From contig BPIR01000003.1 of the NCBI GenBank assembly GCA_026004215.1, forward strand, positions 250,879 to 314,878: DNA of 64,000 bases, given 5' to 3'. Source of the DNA: Candidatus Binatia bacterium (GTDB lineage Bacteria; Desulfobacterota; Binatia; HRBIN30). The notes below the pieces were generated by a model. The model was not told the DNA's origin, did no database searches, and saw only the letters and a program-made list of their open reading frames with translations. The position numbers and the translations under genes are program-made. Of this stretch, positions 46,144 to 55,676 are shown one piece after another; positions within the stretch are counted from its first letter, which is position 1; each line of letters begins with the position of its first letter.

Positions 46144-47100
46144 TCACTTGATCGCTTGCGGGTTGACGGGCGAGCCGACCGCTCCAGTGATGGGCAAGGG
46201 CGGCGCCACGAAAAGAAATTCGTACACTCCGTCATCGGCACAGTCCCTGGCTAAATCCTCCAAATCGAAAATCTCGCCGACGAGCATGCCCATGTGCACG
46301 ATGGCAACGCAGTGCAGGGGTTGGAAACAGTCCGGCGTTTCGTTGGGGATCACTTCCGTTCCCCAGGTGTCGGTCGCGTAGCCCGCGATCTCGTTGCGCG
46401 CCAGCCATTCCGCGCACTTGAGGCTCAGCCCCGGGGCGGGTCCGCCCGCATACTGACCCCAGCTTCCCTCGGCACGCACTTGCGCCAGTTGGCCCGTGCG
46501 GATGAGCACGATATCTCCCCGCTCGATGGCCACACCCTCTTGCTTCGCGGCCGCGTCGAGATCTTCGGGATAAATGGCTTCTCCCGGCTCGAGCCAAGCC
46601 TTGTTGCGCAGGCGGGGGATGTCGAGCAGCACGCCACGGGAGACCACGTGTTGCTTGACCTTCTCGATGGAATTGGCGCGCGCTCCGCTGCTGGTTACCC
46701 ACTCCGGGCCGCGGTCGTTGTACATCTTGCCGTCAAAAAAAATGTGGGAGAGCGCGTCCCACTGCGTGGCGCACTGCAAGGGCATGGTGATGGCGTCGTC
46801 GCAGTAACGCAGACCAGGAATGAAATCCTGGGCCCCCGACGCAATGTCGCCTCCGTCTTGAAGCATGTAGTGCAGCGGGTTGACCCGGCCCGCAAAGCCG
46901 GTTTGCGGCCCTTGCGCATCGAAGGGAATGGCGAGGGAGAAGACTTTGCCGCGCCGAACCAAACCGGCCGCACGCACGATCTTCTCGGGTGTAATGAAGT
47001 TCAAAGTGCCGAGTTCGTCGTCTTTGCCCCAGCGTCCCCAGTTCGAAAATTTCTTGGCCAGGGCACGTACGTCTTCGATGGTGAACTGTTCCTGGCTCAT
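46144..47100 (-). CDS. cyclase-family protein
   Basis: AGGAGG upstream of ATG 47100. FSNWGRWGKDDELGTLNFITPE N-terminal block is typical of one cyclase subfamily. The HxGTHxDxPxH metal motif appears degenerate (LQCATQWDALSH). Confidence 0.55.
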   Translation of the reverse strand: MSQEQFTIEDVRALAKKFSNWGRWGKDDELGTLNFITPEKIVRAAGLVRRGKVFSLAIPFDAQGPQTGFAGRVNPLHYMLQDGGDIASGAQDFIPGLRYCDDAITMPLQCATQWDALSHIFFDGKMYNDRGPEWVTSSGARANSIEKVKQHVVSRGVLLDIPRLRNKAWLEPGEAIYPEDLDAAAKQEGVAIERGDIVLIRTGQLAQVRAEGSWGQYAGGPAPGLSLKCAEWLARNEIAGYATDTWGTEVIPNETPDCFQPLHCVAIVHMGMLVGEIFDLEDLARDCADDGVYEFLFVAPPLPITGAVGSPVNPQAIK

Positions 47101-47121
47101 GTTTCCTCCTGGCGTGATTTC

Positions 47122-47967
47122 CTACCGGTGTAAAAACACCGGGCAGCTTGCGTTGCGCAGTACGTACTCGGTGGTGCTCCCCAGCACGAGCTCGATGATC
47201 CGGCTGTGCCCATATGCGCCGATGAATAGGAGGTCGTGCCTTTGCTCTCTGAGGTAGTTGGCGATGCGTTCGGGTGCGTTGCCGGTTTGCTGCAGCTCGA
47301 ATTTTACCTCGATCGGATACGCCTTGAGATAATTGGCGGCTTCTTGCAGGATTTTTTGGCCGGCGCTTTCGTCGCGATGCACCGTGAGCACCGTGAGGGG
47401 CAGTCGCAAGACAGTGCAAAACTCGGCGGCGGAATGCATGGCTGCCGCGGCGCGCTGACTGCCGTCGTACGCCAACAGCGGCCTTTCGATTTCTTTGAAT
47501 TGTAGCGTGCACACGAGTACCGGCTTGGGCGAGCGGCGGGTGACGTTTTCCGCCGTGCTGCCCAGCAGACCGGTCACGAATTTCTCGTTCACGCCGCGGT
47601 GGCCAATGGCAACCAGGTCGGCCGTTTTCGCCGCTTCGGCGATCTCGTTCGGAACGATTCCCATGGTGAGAATGGTATCGTAGCGGACGCCGGCTTCTTC
47701 GGCGCGCGCGCGGAACTCTTCGAGAATGGCTTTGCCCCGTTCGTGCAAGACCTCGCGCATCTTGGACGAGAAATCCAAGTAGGGCTCGAAGCCGAGCGAT
47801 CCGGAAATGTCGTGGAAAAACGAACCTTCGATCGAAACGATGTCCACCACGTGGAGGCCAATCACGGTGGCTTCGAGCTTTTGCCCGAGCCAAATCGCAT
47901 AACGCGAGGCAGAGCGTGCGTGTTCCGAGCCGTCGACCCCGACCAGGATGGTTTTGATCATGGGCAT
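47122..47967 (-). CDS. tandem universal stress protein (UspA family)
   Basis: Start at ATG 47967 (MPMIKTILVGVDGSEHA). Two Usp-like halves, the second ending GAYGHSRIIELVLGSTTEYVLRNASCPVFL. Confidence 0.8.
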   Translation of the reverse strand: MPMIKTILVGVDGSEHARSASRYAIWLGQKLEATVIGLHVVDIVSIEGSFFHDISGSLGFEPYLDFSSKMREVLHERGKAILEEFRARAEEAGVRYDTILTMGIVPNEIAEAAKTADLVAIGHRGVNEKFVTGLLGSTAENVTRRSPKPVLVCTLQFKEIERPLLAYDGSQRAAAAMHSAAEFCTVLRLPLTVLTVHRDESAGQKILQEAANYLKAYPIEVKFELQQTGNAPERIANYLREQRHDLLFIGAYGHSRIIELVLGSTTEYVLRNASCPVFLHR

Positions 47968-48098
47968 GCCTGTATCACCCTGCGCCGACCTTCGACAAGC
48001 TTGTTTGCCCGCCGCCCCGCGTTGAGTTTGTGGCCTTGAGATCTTGCCAAAGCCAGCATCCGGCGGCACAGTGACGCTTTGTTCGCGAGGTTGCCGGT

Positions 48099-48587
48099 TT
48101 GAGCGGGATGCGGATGCAAAAGCGAGCGGTTGGCCTAGCACGCACAGCACGAAAGATGGTGTCTGCGTGGGTGGCGGCCGTCTTCGTGCTCGCAACCGTC
48201 GCTCCGCCCGTGGGCTTGGTGGCGCACCGCCACGCGGGCGACGATTACACGCACGTCCACCCTTGGTTCGGCTTCGGATGGTTGCCGGAAGAGATCGCGC
48301 CCGCGAGTATGGGCGAAGCTCTTCCGTTTGCCGATAACGACACCCCCGTGGATTGGTGGCTTAGGCCCCGCAAGCTAAAGGGGCAACAGCCGGCCGTTTC
48401 GCGGCAGGCTCAGGGAAGAGCCTCCCACGTACATGCATTTTCCCCGTTTCACCCGAGCCTTTTGGCCTCCGTAGCGTGCGGGGTCACAGTCGCTCCCCTG
48501 TGCACCTTGACGGCGACGCTGCCGGAGGATCCGTCGTTTCGCCGCTCCAGCCGCCGTCACTCTCGCGCCCCACCGGCACCCGCCTGA
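48099..48587 (+). CDS. possible small His-rich membrane/exported protein
   Basis: Hydrophobic segment VSAWVAAVFVLATVAPPVGLVA followed by HRHAGDDYTHVHPWFGFGW and SHVHAFSPFHPS. No SD or homolog recognised, so coding status is uncertain. Confidence 0.3.
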   Translation: MSGMRMQKRAVGLARTARKMVSAWVAAVFVLATVAPPVGLVAHRHAGDDYTHVHPWFGFGWLPEEIAPASMGEALPFADNDTPVDWWLRPRKLKGQQPAVSRQAQGRASHVHAFSPFHPSLLASVACGVTVAPLCTLTATLPEDPSFRRSSRRHSRAPPAPA

Positions 48588-48703
48588 TCCCGGGAACTTT
48601 CGAGCATTCGGAATCGGGACCTGGCGCGCGCCAGCCGAGGGCAGAAGCTGTATGCCTGCGCTGCGCCTACGCGCGCCTTTGTCCGAGCATGGGGGAGGAG
48701 CAT

Positions 48704-51121
48704 ATGCGAGAGTTATGGCTTTACTTGGGGTTGATGGGCATTTTGGTGGTGTTGGCGCCGGAAGCGGGGCTGCCGCAAGGGTCGGAGTTCGGAGGCAGCG
48801 CACTGCCTCCGGAAAGCGATTGCCAAACCGAAGCGGGAAACGGCACGGAACCGAAACAGTCGGTCGAACGGGGGCGGCGGCGCGTGGACTTGGGCGAGGT
48901 CGTGGTACAGGCCCGCCGGCCTTTGAGTTCTGCCTCCTCGGAGGAAATACGCGCCCGCGATTTTGCGGTGCGTCCGCACGGCACGTTGCAAGAAATCCTG
49001 AACAACGTTCCCGGCCTGGTCGTGGCCCAGCATCAAGGAGGCGGCAAAGCTCCGCAATGGCTCGTGCGCGGATTCGACGGCGATCACGGGAGTGATTTTG
49101 CCGTGTTCGTGGACGATATGCCGGTGAATCTCGTCTCTCATGCGCACGGCCAAGGATACGCCGACGTGAATTTCGTGATTCCCGAAACCATTCAACGTTT
49201 GCAACTGTACAAAGGCCCGTATTTCCCGGAGTTTGGCGACTTTGCCAACGCCGGTGCCCTGCAAATCGTGACGAAAGATACGTTTCCCGAGCCGTTCGCC
49301 ATGGCCGAGGGAGGCTTCTTCGGTACGCACCGTTACGTGGTGGGGGCTTCACCGGCGGCTGGGGATTGGAAAGCGTTATTTGCCGCGCAGGCGTACTTTT
49401 CCGATGGCCCGTTCGAAAATCCCCAGAACGATTCGCGCTACAATTTCTTCGCGAAGCTGCGCCGCGAGTTCGATTCCTCGCGAGATTTGTCGCTGACTGG
49501 CGGCGCCTACGCGGGCGACTGGGATGCTTCGGGGCAAATCCCCCTGCGCGCGGTGCAAGCTGGGAAGGTGGCGCTGGCGCCCCTCGACTTGGACCCCTTG
49601 GCGCCGACGCGACCCTTCGACCGCTTCGATGCCATCGATCCGACGGAGGGAGGGAAGACCGACCGTGAATTCCTCAACCTCCACTACCGCTTTGCTCCCC
49701 AGGAAGACGAGCAATGGTCCGCACACATGTGGGGACAGCGATACAAGCTCGCGCTCTTTTCCAATTTTACCTTTTACAAGGATACGGGCTTGCGCTTCGT
49801 GGAACGTGGTGGTCGCATCGCCGACGTTTTCGGTGAGCCGCCGGAGGTCCGGCAGTTTTACTTGCCGGGCGATGGGATCGAGCAAAATGATAGCCGCGTG
49901 TTGTATGGCGGGCGCCTCCAGTATTTACGCTACTGGTTTGCGCCCGGATGGGAAGGCGTACCCCTGCGCACGCGCGTGGCCGTCGAAACGCGCCACGATC
50001 ACATCCACTTACACTTGTACCGCCAAGTGCGGCGCCAGCGTTTTTTTACCGTGAACGCCGTGGCTGTGGAGGAGCGATCCGTTGCCGGCTTTCTCGACCA
50101 ACAAGTGTTTTTCACCGATTGGCTCCGGCTCGAAGTGGGGCTGCGCGGCGACGTGTTCTTCTTCGATGGGCGCGATCGCTTGCCGGCTGGAGTGGGCGTG
50201 CTCGACCCGGTGTCGGAGGAGTGCCTGGGGCAAAACGACCCCAACTTCTGTGCGGTGCGCATCCGCGGTAACGTGAGCGACTCGATCGTCAGCCCAAAAG
50301 CAAACTTGATTTTTTCTCCGATGGCGAACACCGACGTGTACGGGAACTTCGGCATGGGTTTTCACTCCAACGATGCGCGCAACGCGCTCTTGGCAAAAAA
50401 CTTCCCGCAGCTTGCCGGACCCCTGCAAAGCCCGCTCACTCGCTCCCTCGGTTACGAGATCGGTGCCCGCACGCGCCAGTTCGACCGCTTGGACCTCGCC
50501 GCCGCGCTTTGGCTGCTGGATTTGGATAGCGAACTCGTCTTTTCGGGCGATGCGGGCAACCAGCAAATTGGTGCCGGAGGAACATTCGAGCCGGCGGGGA
50601 AAACGCGCCGTTGGGGAATCGACTTCGAGGCGCGCTACCAAGCCACGCGCTGGCTCTTTTTGGATTACGACCTGGCCTACGCGGATCCGCGTTTTCGGGG
50701 CACGGGCGAAGCTGTGCCCTTGGCACCGACACTGTTGATGAACGGCGGAGTCACGTTGAGTCCGTTGGCAGGATTCGAAAGCGCCTTGCGCGTGCGGTAC
50801 CTCGGAGATCGGCCTGCCATCGAAGATCGCTCGCTCACGGCACGCGGGTACACCCTGGTGGACCTGCTCGGACGCTATCGCTGGCGCAACGTCGAAGCCT
50901 CGATTGCGTTACTGAACATCCTCGACCGGGATTGGCGCGAAGCCCAGTTCGCGGACAACTCGTGTTTGCTCGGCGAACTCCAAGATCCGGCCAGACACCC
51001 GGGAACGCCGTGCTCGATTCGCCCAGGCTTGCAAGGCACGCACGAAGACCCGCCAGCGGATATTCACTTCACCCCCGGAAATCCATTCTGGGCGCGAGGT
51101 GGCTTGACGGTGTATTTTTGA
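48704..51121 (+). CDS. TonB-dependent outer-membrane receptor
   Basis: GGGGGAGGAG upstream of ATG 48704; signal MRELWLYLGLMGILVVLAP. Plug-domain motifs (LGEVVVQA, LQEILNNVPGLVV, LVRGFDG, VFVDDMPVN). Long beta-barrel region ending GGLTVYF. Confidence 0.85.
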   Translation: MRELWLYLGLMGILVVLAPEAGLPQGSEFGGSALPPESDCQTEAGNGTEPKQSVERGRRRVDLGEVVVQARRPLSSASSEEIRARDFAVRPHGTLQEILNNVPGLVVAQHQGGGKAPQWLVRGFDGDHGSDFAVFVDDMPVNLVSHAHGQGYADVNFVIPETIQRLQLYKGPYFPEFGDFANAGALQIVTKDTFPEPFAMAEGGFFGTHRYVVGASPAAGDWKALFAAQAYFSDGPFENPQNDSRYNFFAKLRREFDSSRDLSLTGGAYAGDWDASGQIPLRAVQAGKVALAPLDLDPLAPTRPFDRFDAIDPTEGGKTDREFLNLHYRFAPQEDEQWSAHMWGQRYKLALFSNFTFYKDTGLRFVERGGRIADVFGEPPEVRQFYLPGDGIEQNDSRVLYGGRLQYLRYWFAPGWEGVPLRTRVAVETRHDHIHLHLYRQVRRQRFFTVNAVAVEERSVAGFLDQQVFFTDWLRLEVGLRGDVFFFDGRDRLPAGVGVLDPVSEECLGQNDPNFCAVRIRGNVSDSIVSPKANLIFSPMANTDVYGNFGMGFHSNDARNALLAKNFPQLAGPLQSPLTRSLGYEIGARTRQFDRLDLAAALWLLDLDSELVFSGDAGNQQIGAGGTFEPAGKTRRWGIDFEARYQATRWLFLDYDLAYADPRFRGTGEAVPLAPTLLMNGGVTLSPLAGFESALRVRYLGDRPAIEDRSLTARGYTLVDLLGRYRWRNVEASIALLNILDRDWREAQFADNSCLLGELQDPARHPGTPCSIRPGLQGTHEDPPADIHFTPGNPFWARGGLTVYF

Positions 51122-51317
51122 AATCACTTGGCCCCGGATCGGTGCCGCCGCAGTGTGGGCATCTTTCCGGGGCAGAGTTTCGCTTCGCCCGGTGCGGGCG
51201 CGAGTGCGGATCGGGTACCGAGCCAAGCGGGCCTGCATTGCCGCCGTGCCCGCGGGGATGTCGAGGTACGCCGCCAAAGTTTGCGGCCGCCGCATCGTGC
51301 GGATAGATTGGGCTCGT

Positions 51318-52799
51318 ATGTCTCAACCGGCAACCTCATTGACGTTCACCAAAGATCCACAAAAGTTCTTTTACGATCACCTCGGCCTCGAGCCTCGCTG
51401 GCTCGAAGAGGGGATCGGCGGTGCATTGCGGCGCCGCTGCGACGATGCGGATTTGTACTTCGAGTACCGCACGGTGGAATCGGTGAGCCTCGAGGACGGC
51501 TTGGTGAAGTCGGCCACGCGACACGTGCGCCAGGGCGTCGGGGCGCGTGTCGTAGTTGGGGATAAGACCGGCTACGCCCACACCGACGAACTCACGTTGG
51601 AGAGCCTGCGCTTGGCGACCCGTACGGCCGAAGCCATCGCTTGGGAGGGCGCGCAGTCTCGCTCGGTTGCGTTGCAGCGGGTTCGCCCAAGGCACGACTT
51701 GTACCCCTTAGAGAACCCGCCCATTGCGGTGGCTTTGGAGGACAAGGTGGCAGTCCTCTCCCGGGTAGACGAGTATGCGCGCCGGTTCGACCCGCGAATC
51801 CGCAACGTGCTGGCGAGCATCGTGGTCGAGCACAAGGTGATCTTGATCGTACGGGCCGAGGGCCTCGTGGTCGGCGACATCCAGCCGCTCGTGCGCATGC
51901 AGGTCACCTGCATTGCAGAGGAGAACGGCGAGCGCCAGCAAGGCAGCTACGGAGGCGGCGGTAGAGTCGAGTTCGCATATTTGTTGGAGAACGATCGGTA
52001 TCTCCTCTTCACGCGCAAAGCTGCCGAGCAAGCCATCCGGAACCTGCGAGCCGTGGATGCTCCGGCAGGCGAGATGGTAGTGGTGTTAGGGCCCGGATGG
52101 CCTGGCATTTTGCTCCACGAAGCGGTGGGACATGGTCTGGAAGGGGATTTCAACCGCAAAGGCGTCTCCGCCTTCGCGGGGCGGCTGGGAGAGGTCGTCG
52201 CCTCTCCGCTGTGCACGGTTGTGGATGATGGGACGATTCCGAATCGGCGCGGATCCCTGAACGTAGACGACGAGGGAACGCCCACCGGGCGGACGGTGCT
52301 CATCGAAAAGGGCATCCTGCGGGGATATTTGCAGGACCGGATGAACGCTCGCTTGATGGGTATGCCACCGACCGGAAACGGCCGGCGCGAATCCTTTGCG
52401 CACGTGCCCATGCCGCGCATGACGAATACGTTCATGCTACCGGGTGAAAGCGACCCCGAAGAGATCATTCGCTCGGTGGACCGAGGTTTGTACGCTGTGT
52501 ACTTTGGCGGCGGCCAAGTGGACATCACGAATGGGAAATTTGTCTTCTCGGCCAGCGAGGCTTACCTCATTGAAAACGGCCGCGTCACTTATCCGGTTAA
52601 AGGCGCGACCTTGATCGGCCACGGGCCGGAGGTTCTCAAGCGGATTACCATGGTCGGCCATGACCTCGCGCTCGACGAAGGTATTGGCACCTGCGGCAAG
52701 GATGGACAGTCGGTTCCCGTGGGGGTGGGTTTGCCGACCGTGCGTGTGGACGGACTCACGGTGGGCGGAACAAAACCGGTGCGGGGCGAATCGTCATGA
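51318..52799 (+). CDS. tldD: metalloprotease TldD
   Basis: DLYFEYRTVESVSLEDG, GVGARVVVGDKTGYAHTD, HEAVGHGLEGD. ATGA overlap with the downstream pmbA-like gene. Confidence 0.85.
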   Translation: MSQPATSLTFTKDPQKFFYDHLGLEPRWLEEGIGGALRRRCDDADLYFEYRTVESVSLEDGLVKSATRHVRQGVGARVVVGDKTGYAHTDELTLESLRLATRTAEAIAWEGAQSRSVALQRVRPRHDLYPLENPPIAVALEDKVAVLSRVDEYARRFDPRIRNVLASIVVEHKVILIVRAEGLVVGDIQPLVRMQVTCIAEENGERQQGSYGGGGRVEFAYLLENDRYLLFTRKAAEQAIRNLRAVDAPAGEMVVVLGPGWPGILLHEAVGHGLEGDFNRKGVSAFAGRLGEVVASPLCTVVDDGTIPNRRGSLNVDDEGTPTGRTVLIEKGILRGYLQDRMNARLMGMPPTGNGRRESFAHVPMPRMTNTFMLPGESDPEEIIRSVDRGLYAVYFGGGQVDITNGKFVFSASEAYLIENGRVTYPVKGATLIGHGPEVLKRITMVGHDLALDEGIGTCGKDGQSVPVGVGLPTVRVDGLTVGGTKPVRGESS

Positions 52800-54145
52800 C
52801 GATTGCCGAAGCGGCAGAGCTGGTGCTCGCAACGGCCAGGGCGAACGGGGCGACGGCCGCCGACGTGGTGGTCGCTCGCAGCCGCCAGCTCGAGGTCTCC
52901 GTGCGCCAGCGCGCACTGGAGAAGGTGACGCAAGCCGAAGAAAAACAACTGGGTTTGCGCGTGTTCGTGGGGAAACGCAGCGCCGTGGCCGCAACTTCGG
53001 ATCTCACCGCCGCGGCTCTCCGCGAATTTGCCCGCGAAACTTGCTCGCTCGCCAAAGTCGTGGCGGAAGATCCGTTCTCTGGCTTTCCCCGCCCGGAAGA
53101 ATTGGCCCGCGAACTTCCGCAGTTGGAACTGTTCGATGCGCGCGTGGCGGAAATGACGCCGGAACAAGCGCGCGCCTTGGCCGAAAGGGCCGAGGCCAGC
53201 GCTCTCGATTACGATTCCCGCATCGTGAATTCCGAGGGCGCGGAGTGTTCCGCTCAGTCGGCCGAGATCTGGTACGCGTCGACCTTGGGATTTGCCCGAG
53301 GCTACGAGAGCAGCGCGATCAGCGTGTCGGTCGTTCCCGTGGCGAAAAGCAATTCGGGAATGCAGCGAGACTACTGGTACTCGGTGGTGCGGCAGCTCGA
53401 CCAATTGGAACCCCCGGAAGCAATCGGGCGCAAAGCGGCGGAGCGCGCCCTGCGGCGGCTCGATGCCCGCAGTGTGGCCACATGCGAGGTGCCGGTGATT
53501 TTCGACCCGGAAACCGCATCGAGCCTGCTGGGGCACTTGTCGCAAGCTGTGCTCGGGCAAGCAATTTACCGGGGCACCTCGTTTCTGGTGGGGCGCTTGG
53601 GCCAGAAAATCGCGCCGAGTTTTGTGACGGTCGTTGACGATGCCCGCATTCCTGCAGCCTTGGGCTCCAAGCCCTTCGATGCCGAAGGAGTCGAAACGCG
53701 CCGTAACACAGTGGTCGACGGGGGCTATCTGAGTTCGTACTTGCTGGATAGCTACTCGGCGCGGCGTCTCGGGTTCCCTTCGAGCACCGGCAATGCCGGG
53801 CGATCCGTAGGGTCAGCGCCCTTGGCCGCTCCGACGAACTTTTACCTGCTACCCGGTGAAACTCCGCCAGAGGAACTCATACGCTCGGTCTCCCGGGGGT
53901 TATACGTCACCAATTTGATCGGCTTCGGGGTCAATCTCACCACGGGCGACTATTCTCGCGGGGCGAGCGGTTTGTGGATCGAAAACGGTGCATGCAGCTT
54001 TGCGGTGGAGGAGGTAACGGTGGCGGGCAACCTTTTCGAGATGTGGTCGCGCATCGAGGCCATTGGAAACGATCTGGCGCTGCGGCGAGCGGTTGCGGCG
54101 CCGACCATACTGATCGGGAAACTTACTGTGGCCGGACGCGGGTGA
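52796..54145 (+). CDS. pmbA: metalloprotease PmbA/TldE
   Basis: Same-fold partner immediately after tldD. VVVARSRQLEVSVRQ..., GLRVFVGKRSAVAATSDL, C-terminal FAVEEVTVAGNLFEMW. Confidence 0.8.
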   Translation: MTIAEAAELVLATARANGATAADVVVARSRQLEVSVRQRALEKVTQAEEKQLGLRVFVGKRSAVAATSDLTAAALREFARETCSLAKVVAEDPFSGFPRPEELARELPQLELFDARVAEMTPEQARALAERAEASALDYDSRIVNSEGAECSAQSAEIWYASTLGFARGYESSAISVSVVPVAKSNSGMQRDYWYSVVRQLDQLEPPEAIGRKAAERALRRLDARSVATCEVPVIFDPETASSLLGHLSQAVLGQAIYRGTSFLVGRLGQKIAPSFVTVVDDARIPAALGSKPFDAEGVETRRNTVVDGGYLSSYLLDSYSARRLGFPSSTGNAGRSVGSAPLAAPTNFYLLPGETPPEELIRSVSRGLYVTNLIGFGVNLTTGDYSRGASGLWIENGACSFAVEEVTVAGNLFEMWSRIEAIGNDLALRRAVAAPTILIGKLTVAGRG

Positions 54146-54159
54146 CCCCCGGGGCGCGC

Positions 54160-54819
54160 ATGACGATGCCGACACGGGCAAGCGGCTGGTTGGTTGTGGG
54201 TGTGGCGTTTGTTGCCGGCGCGTGCGGCTGGTTTCGCAGCCGGCCGCCGATCGAGCCGCGAGTTGGAGCTTCGCAGCAAGGGGTGGCTTCGTGGTACGGT
54301 CCGCGGTTTCACGGCAATCCGACCGCCAGTGGGGAAGTGTTCGACCAGTACGACCTCACCGCAGCCCACCCGACCCTGCCATTGGGTACACGAGTGTTGG
54401 TGACGAATTTGGAGAACGGCCGGCAAGTGGAGGTGCGCGTGAACGATCGCGGGCCGTTCGTCCGCGGCCGCGTGATCGATCTCTCCTACGCGGCGGCGCG
54501 CGCGCTGGGCATGACGCGCCCGGGAACGGCACAGGTGCGCGTGGAAGTCATCGGCTTTGGCCAGGTGTACCCGGAGCATGCGCCGTACGCAGTCCAAGTG
54601 GGCGCATTTGCAGATCGGCGCCGGGCAGAAGAGCTGCGCCGCGTGTTACGCCCCATGTTTGCGGACACCCGCGTGCAGGCCTGGCGCGTCAACGGCCGCA
54701 CCTATTACCGAGTGCGCCTCGGCCGCTTCAAGCGCCACGAGGAGGCCCGCGCGCAGGCGCTCAAGGTGCAACGGTACGGTGTCGTGCCGGTAGTTGTCCG
54801 CGTCGAAGAGCGATGGTGA
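54160..54819 (+). CDS. rlpA: septal ring lytic transglycosylase RlpA-family lipoprotein (DPBB + SPOR)
   Basis: Lipobox-like FVAGAC. GVASWYGPRFHGNPTASGEVFD...TLPLGTRVLVTNLENGRQVEVRVNDRGPF. SPOR-like YAVQVGAFADRRRAEEL...YYRVRLGRF. Confidence 0.8.
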   Translation: MTMPTRASGWLVVGVAFVAGACGWFRSRPPIEPRVGASQQGVASWYGPRFHGNPTASGEVFDQYDLTAAHPTLPLGTRVLVTNLENGRQVEVRVNDRGPFVRGRVIDLSYAAARALGMTRPGTAQVRVEVIGFGQVYPEHAPYAVQVGAFADRRRAEELRRVLRPMFADTRVQAWRVNGRTYYRVRLGRFKRHEEARAQALKVQRYGVVPVVVRVEERW

Positions 54820-55445
54820 GCCTTGGCGGCACAAAGCTCCGGCCGGCGATCGAAGCGGTGACCCTGCTCGCCGTAGCACTGCCCTTGGCTTTGTGGCTGC
54901 ACACCTCGGCTGTCTGGCTCGCGGTACCGCTCGTGTACTTGGCGGCGACGAAACGCGACCTCGACAGTTACGGCCTGACCTTGCGGGGCATTCCGGGGGT
55001 AGGGTTTCACATCAGCTTGCTGCTGGGTGTGTTCGTTCCGTATCTAGTTGGGCATTACACGTACGGTACTCGGTACTTGGGCCGTGATTTCGCCCCGCAA
55101 TTGCCCGAGAACGTTGTCGAGCTCACGCTGGATCACCTCCTCGGAGTCGGCCTGGCAGAGGAGTTCTTCTTCCGGGCCTACATGCAAACGGAGTTCGACC
55201 GTGTTTGGAAGCCACGCTGGTCGTTTCTCGGGGCCCGGTGGGGCCCCGGCCTGCTATGCGCCAACGCATTGTTTGCGCTGTGCCACGTGTTCCACGGCGG
55301 CGCCGTGCGACTCGTCGTATTCTTTCCCGGCCTTCTCTACGGCTGGCTGTGGGCGCGAACTCGTACGGTCGTCGTCCCGGCGTTTTACCACGGCTTGAGC
55401 AACGTCCTCATGAGCATCATGCTCGCTTCGCTCGGTGGCCCGTGA
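54813..55445 (+). CDS. CPBP-family intramembrane glutamic endopeptidase
   Basis: EEFFFRAY (EExxxR), FALCH (FxxxH), HGLSN (HxxxN) in a polytopic protein. Start overlaps the rlpA stop. Confidence 0.75.
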   Translation: MVSLGGTKLRPAIEAVTLLAVALPLALWLHTSAVWLAVPLVYLAATKRDLDSYGLTLRGIPGVGFHISLLLGVFVPYLVGHYTYGTRYLGRDFAPQLPENVVELTLDHLLGVGLAEEFFFRAYMQTEFDRVWKPRWSFLGARWGPGLLCANALFALCHVFHGGAVRLVVFFPGLLYGWLWARTRTVVVPAFYHGLSNVLMSIMLASLGGP

Positions 55446-55624
55446 AGATCTTGTCGCTGGGCTGACAAAGTGCGGCTCCAGGGCGGGCTGCGGCAATCGC
55501 GCCGACAAGTTTCGACACAGTGGCGTTGCTTTGTTGACGGCGCGATCGGTTCGGAGCGATGCGCAGATGACAAAGACTGTCCATTGCGCTCGCACGCGCT
55601 GTTGAGGCGGTTTGTCGGTGCACC

Positions 55625-55640
55625 TGGCCCAGAGCTTGCA
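55625..55640 (+). promoter_or_regulatory. possible sigma54 -24/-12 element upstream of pilT
   Basis: TGGCCC-AGAGC-TTGCA versus consensus TGGCAC-N5-TTGCW, 37 nt upstream of ATG 55677. Could be chance in GC-rich DNA. Confidence 0.2.
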
Positions 55641-55676
55641 GCTCGGGATGGACCCGGTCTGCAAGAGGTGACAGCG

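Noticed and set aside
47968-48703. Cobalamin or other riboswitch upstream of the TonB-dependent receptor
   Set aside because: I could not find the B12 box or the conserved GGTG...AATCC core. No other riboswitch consensus was recognisable by eye.
52589-53560. 323-aa minus-strand ORF
   Set aside because: Antisense to tldD/pmbA, which have clear family motifs.
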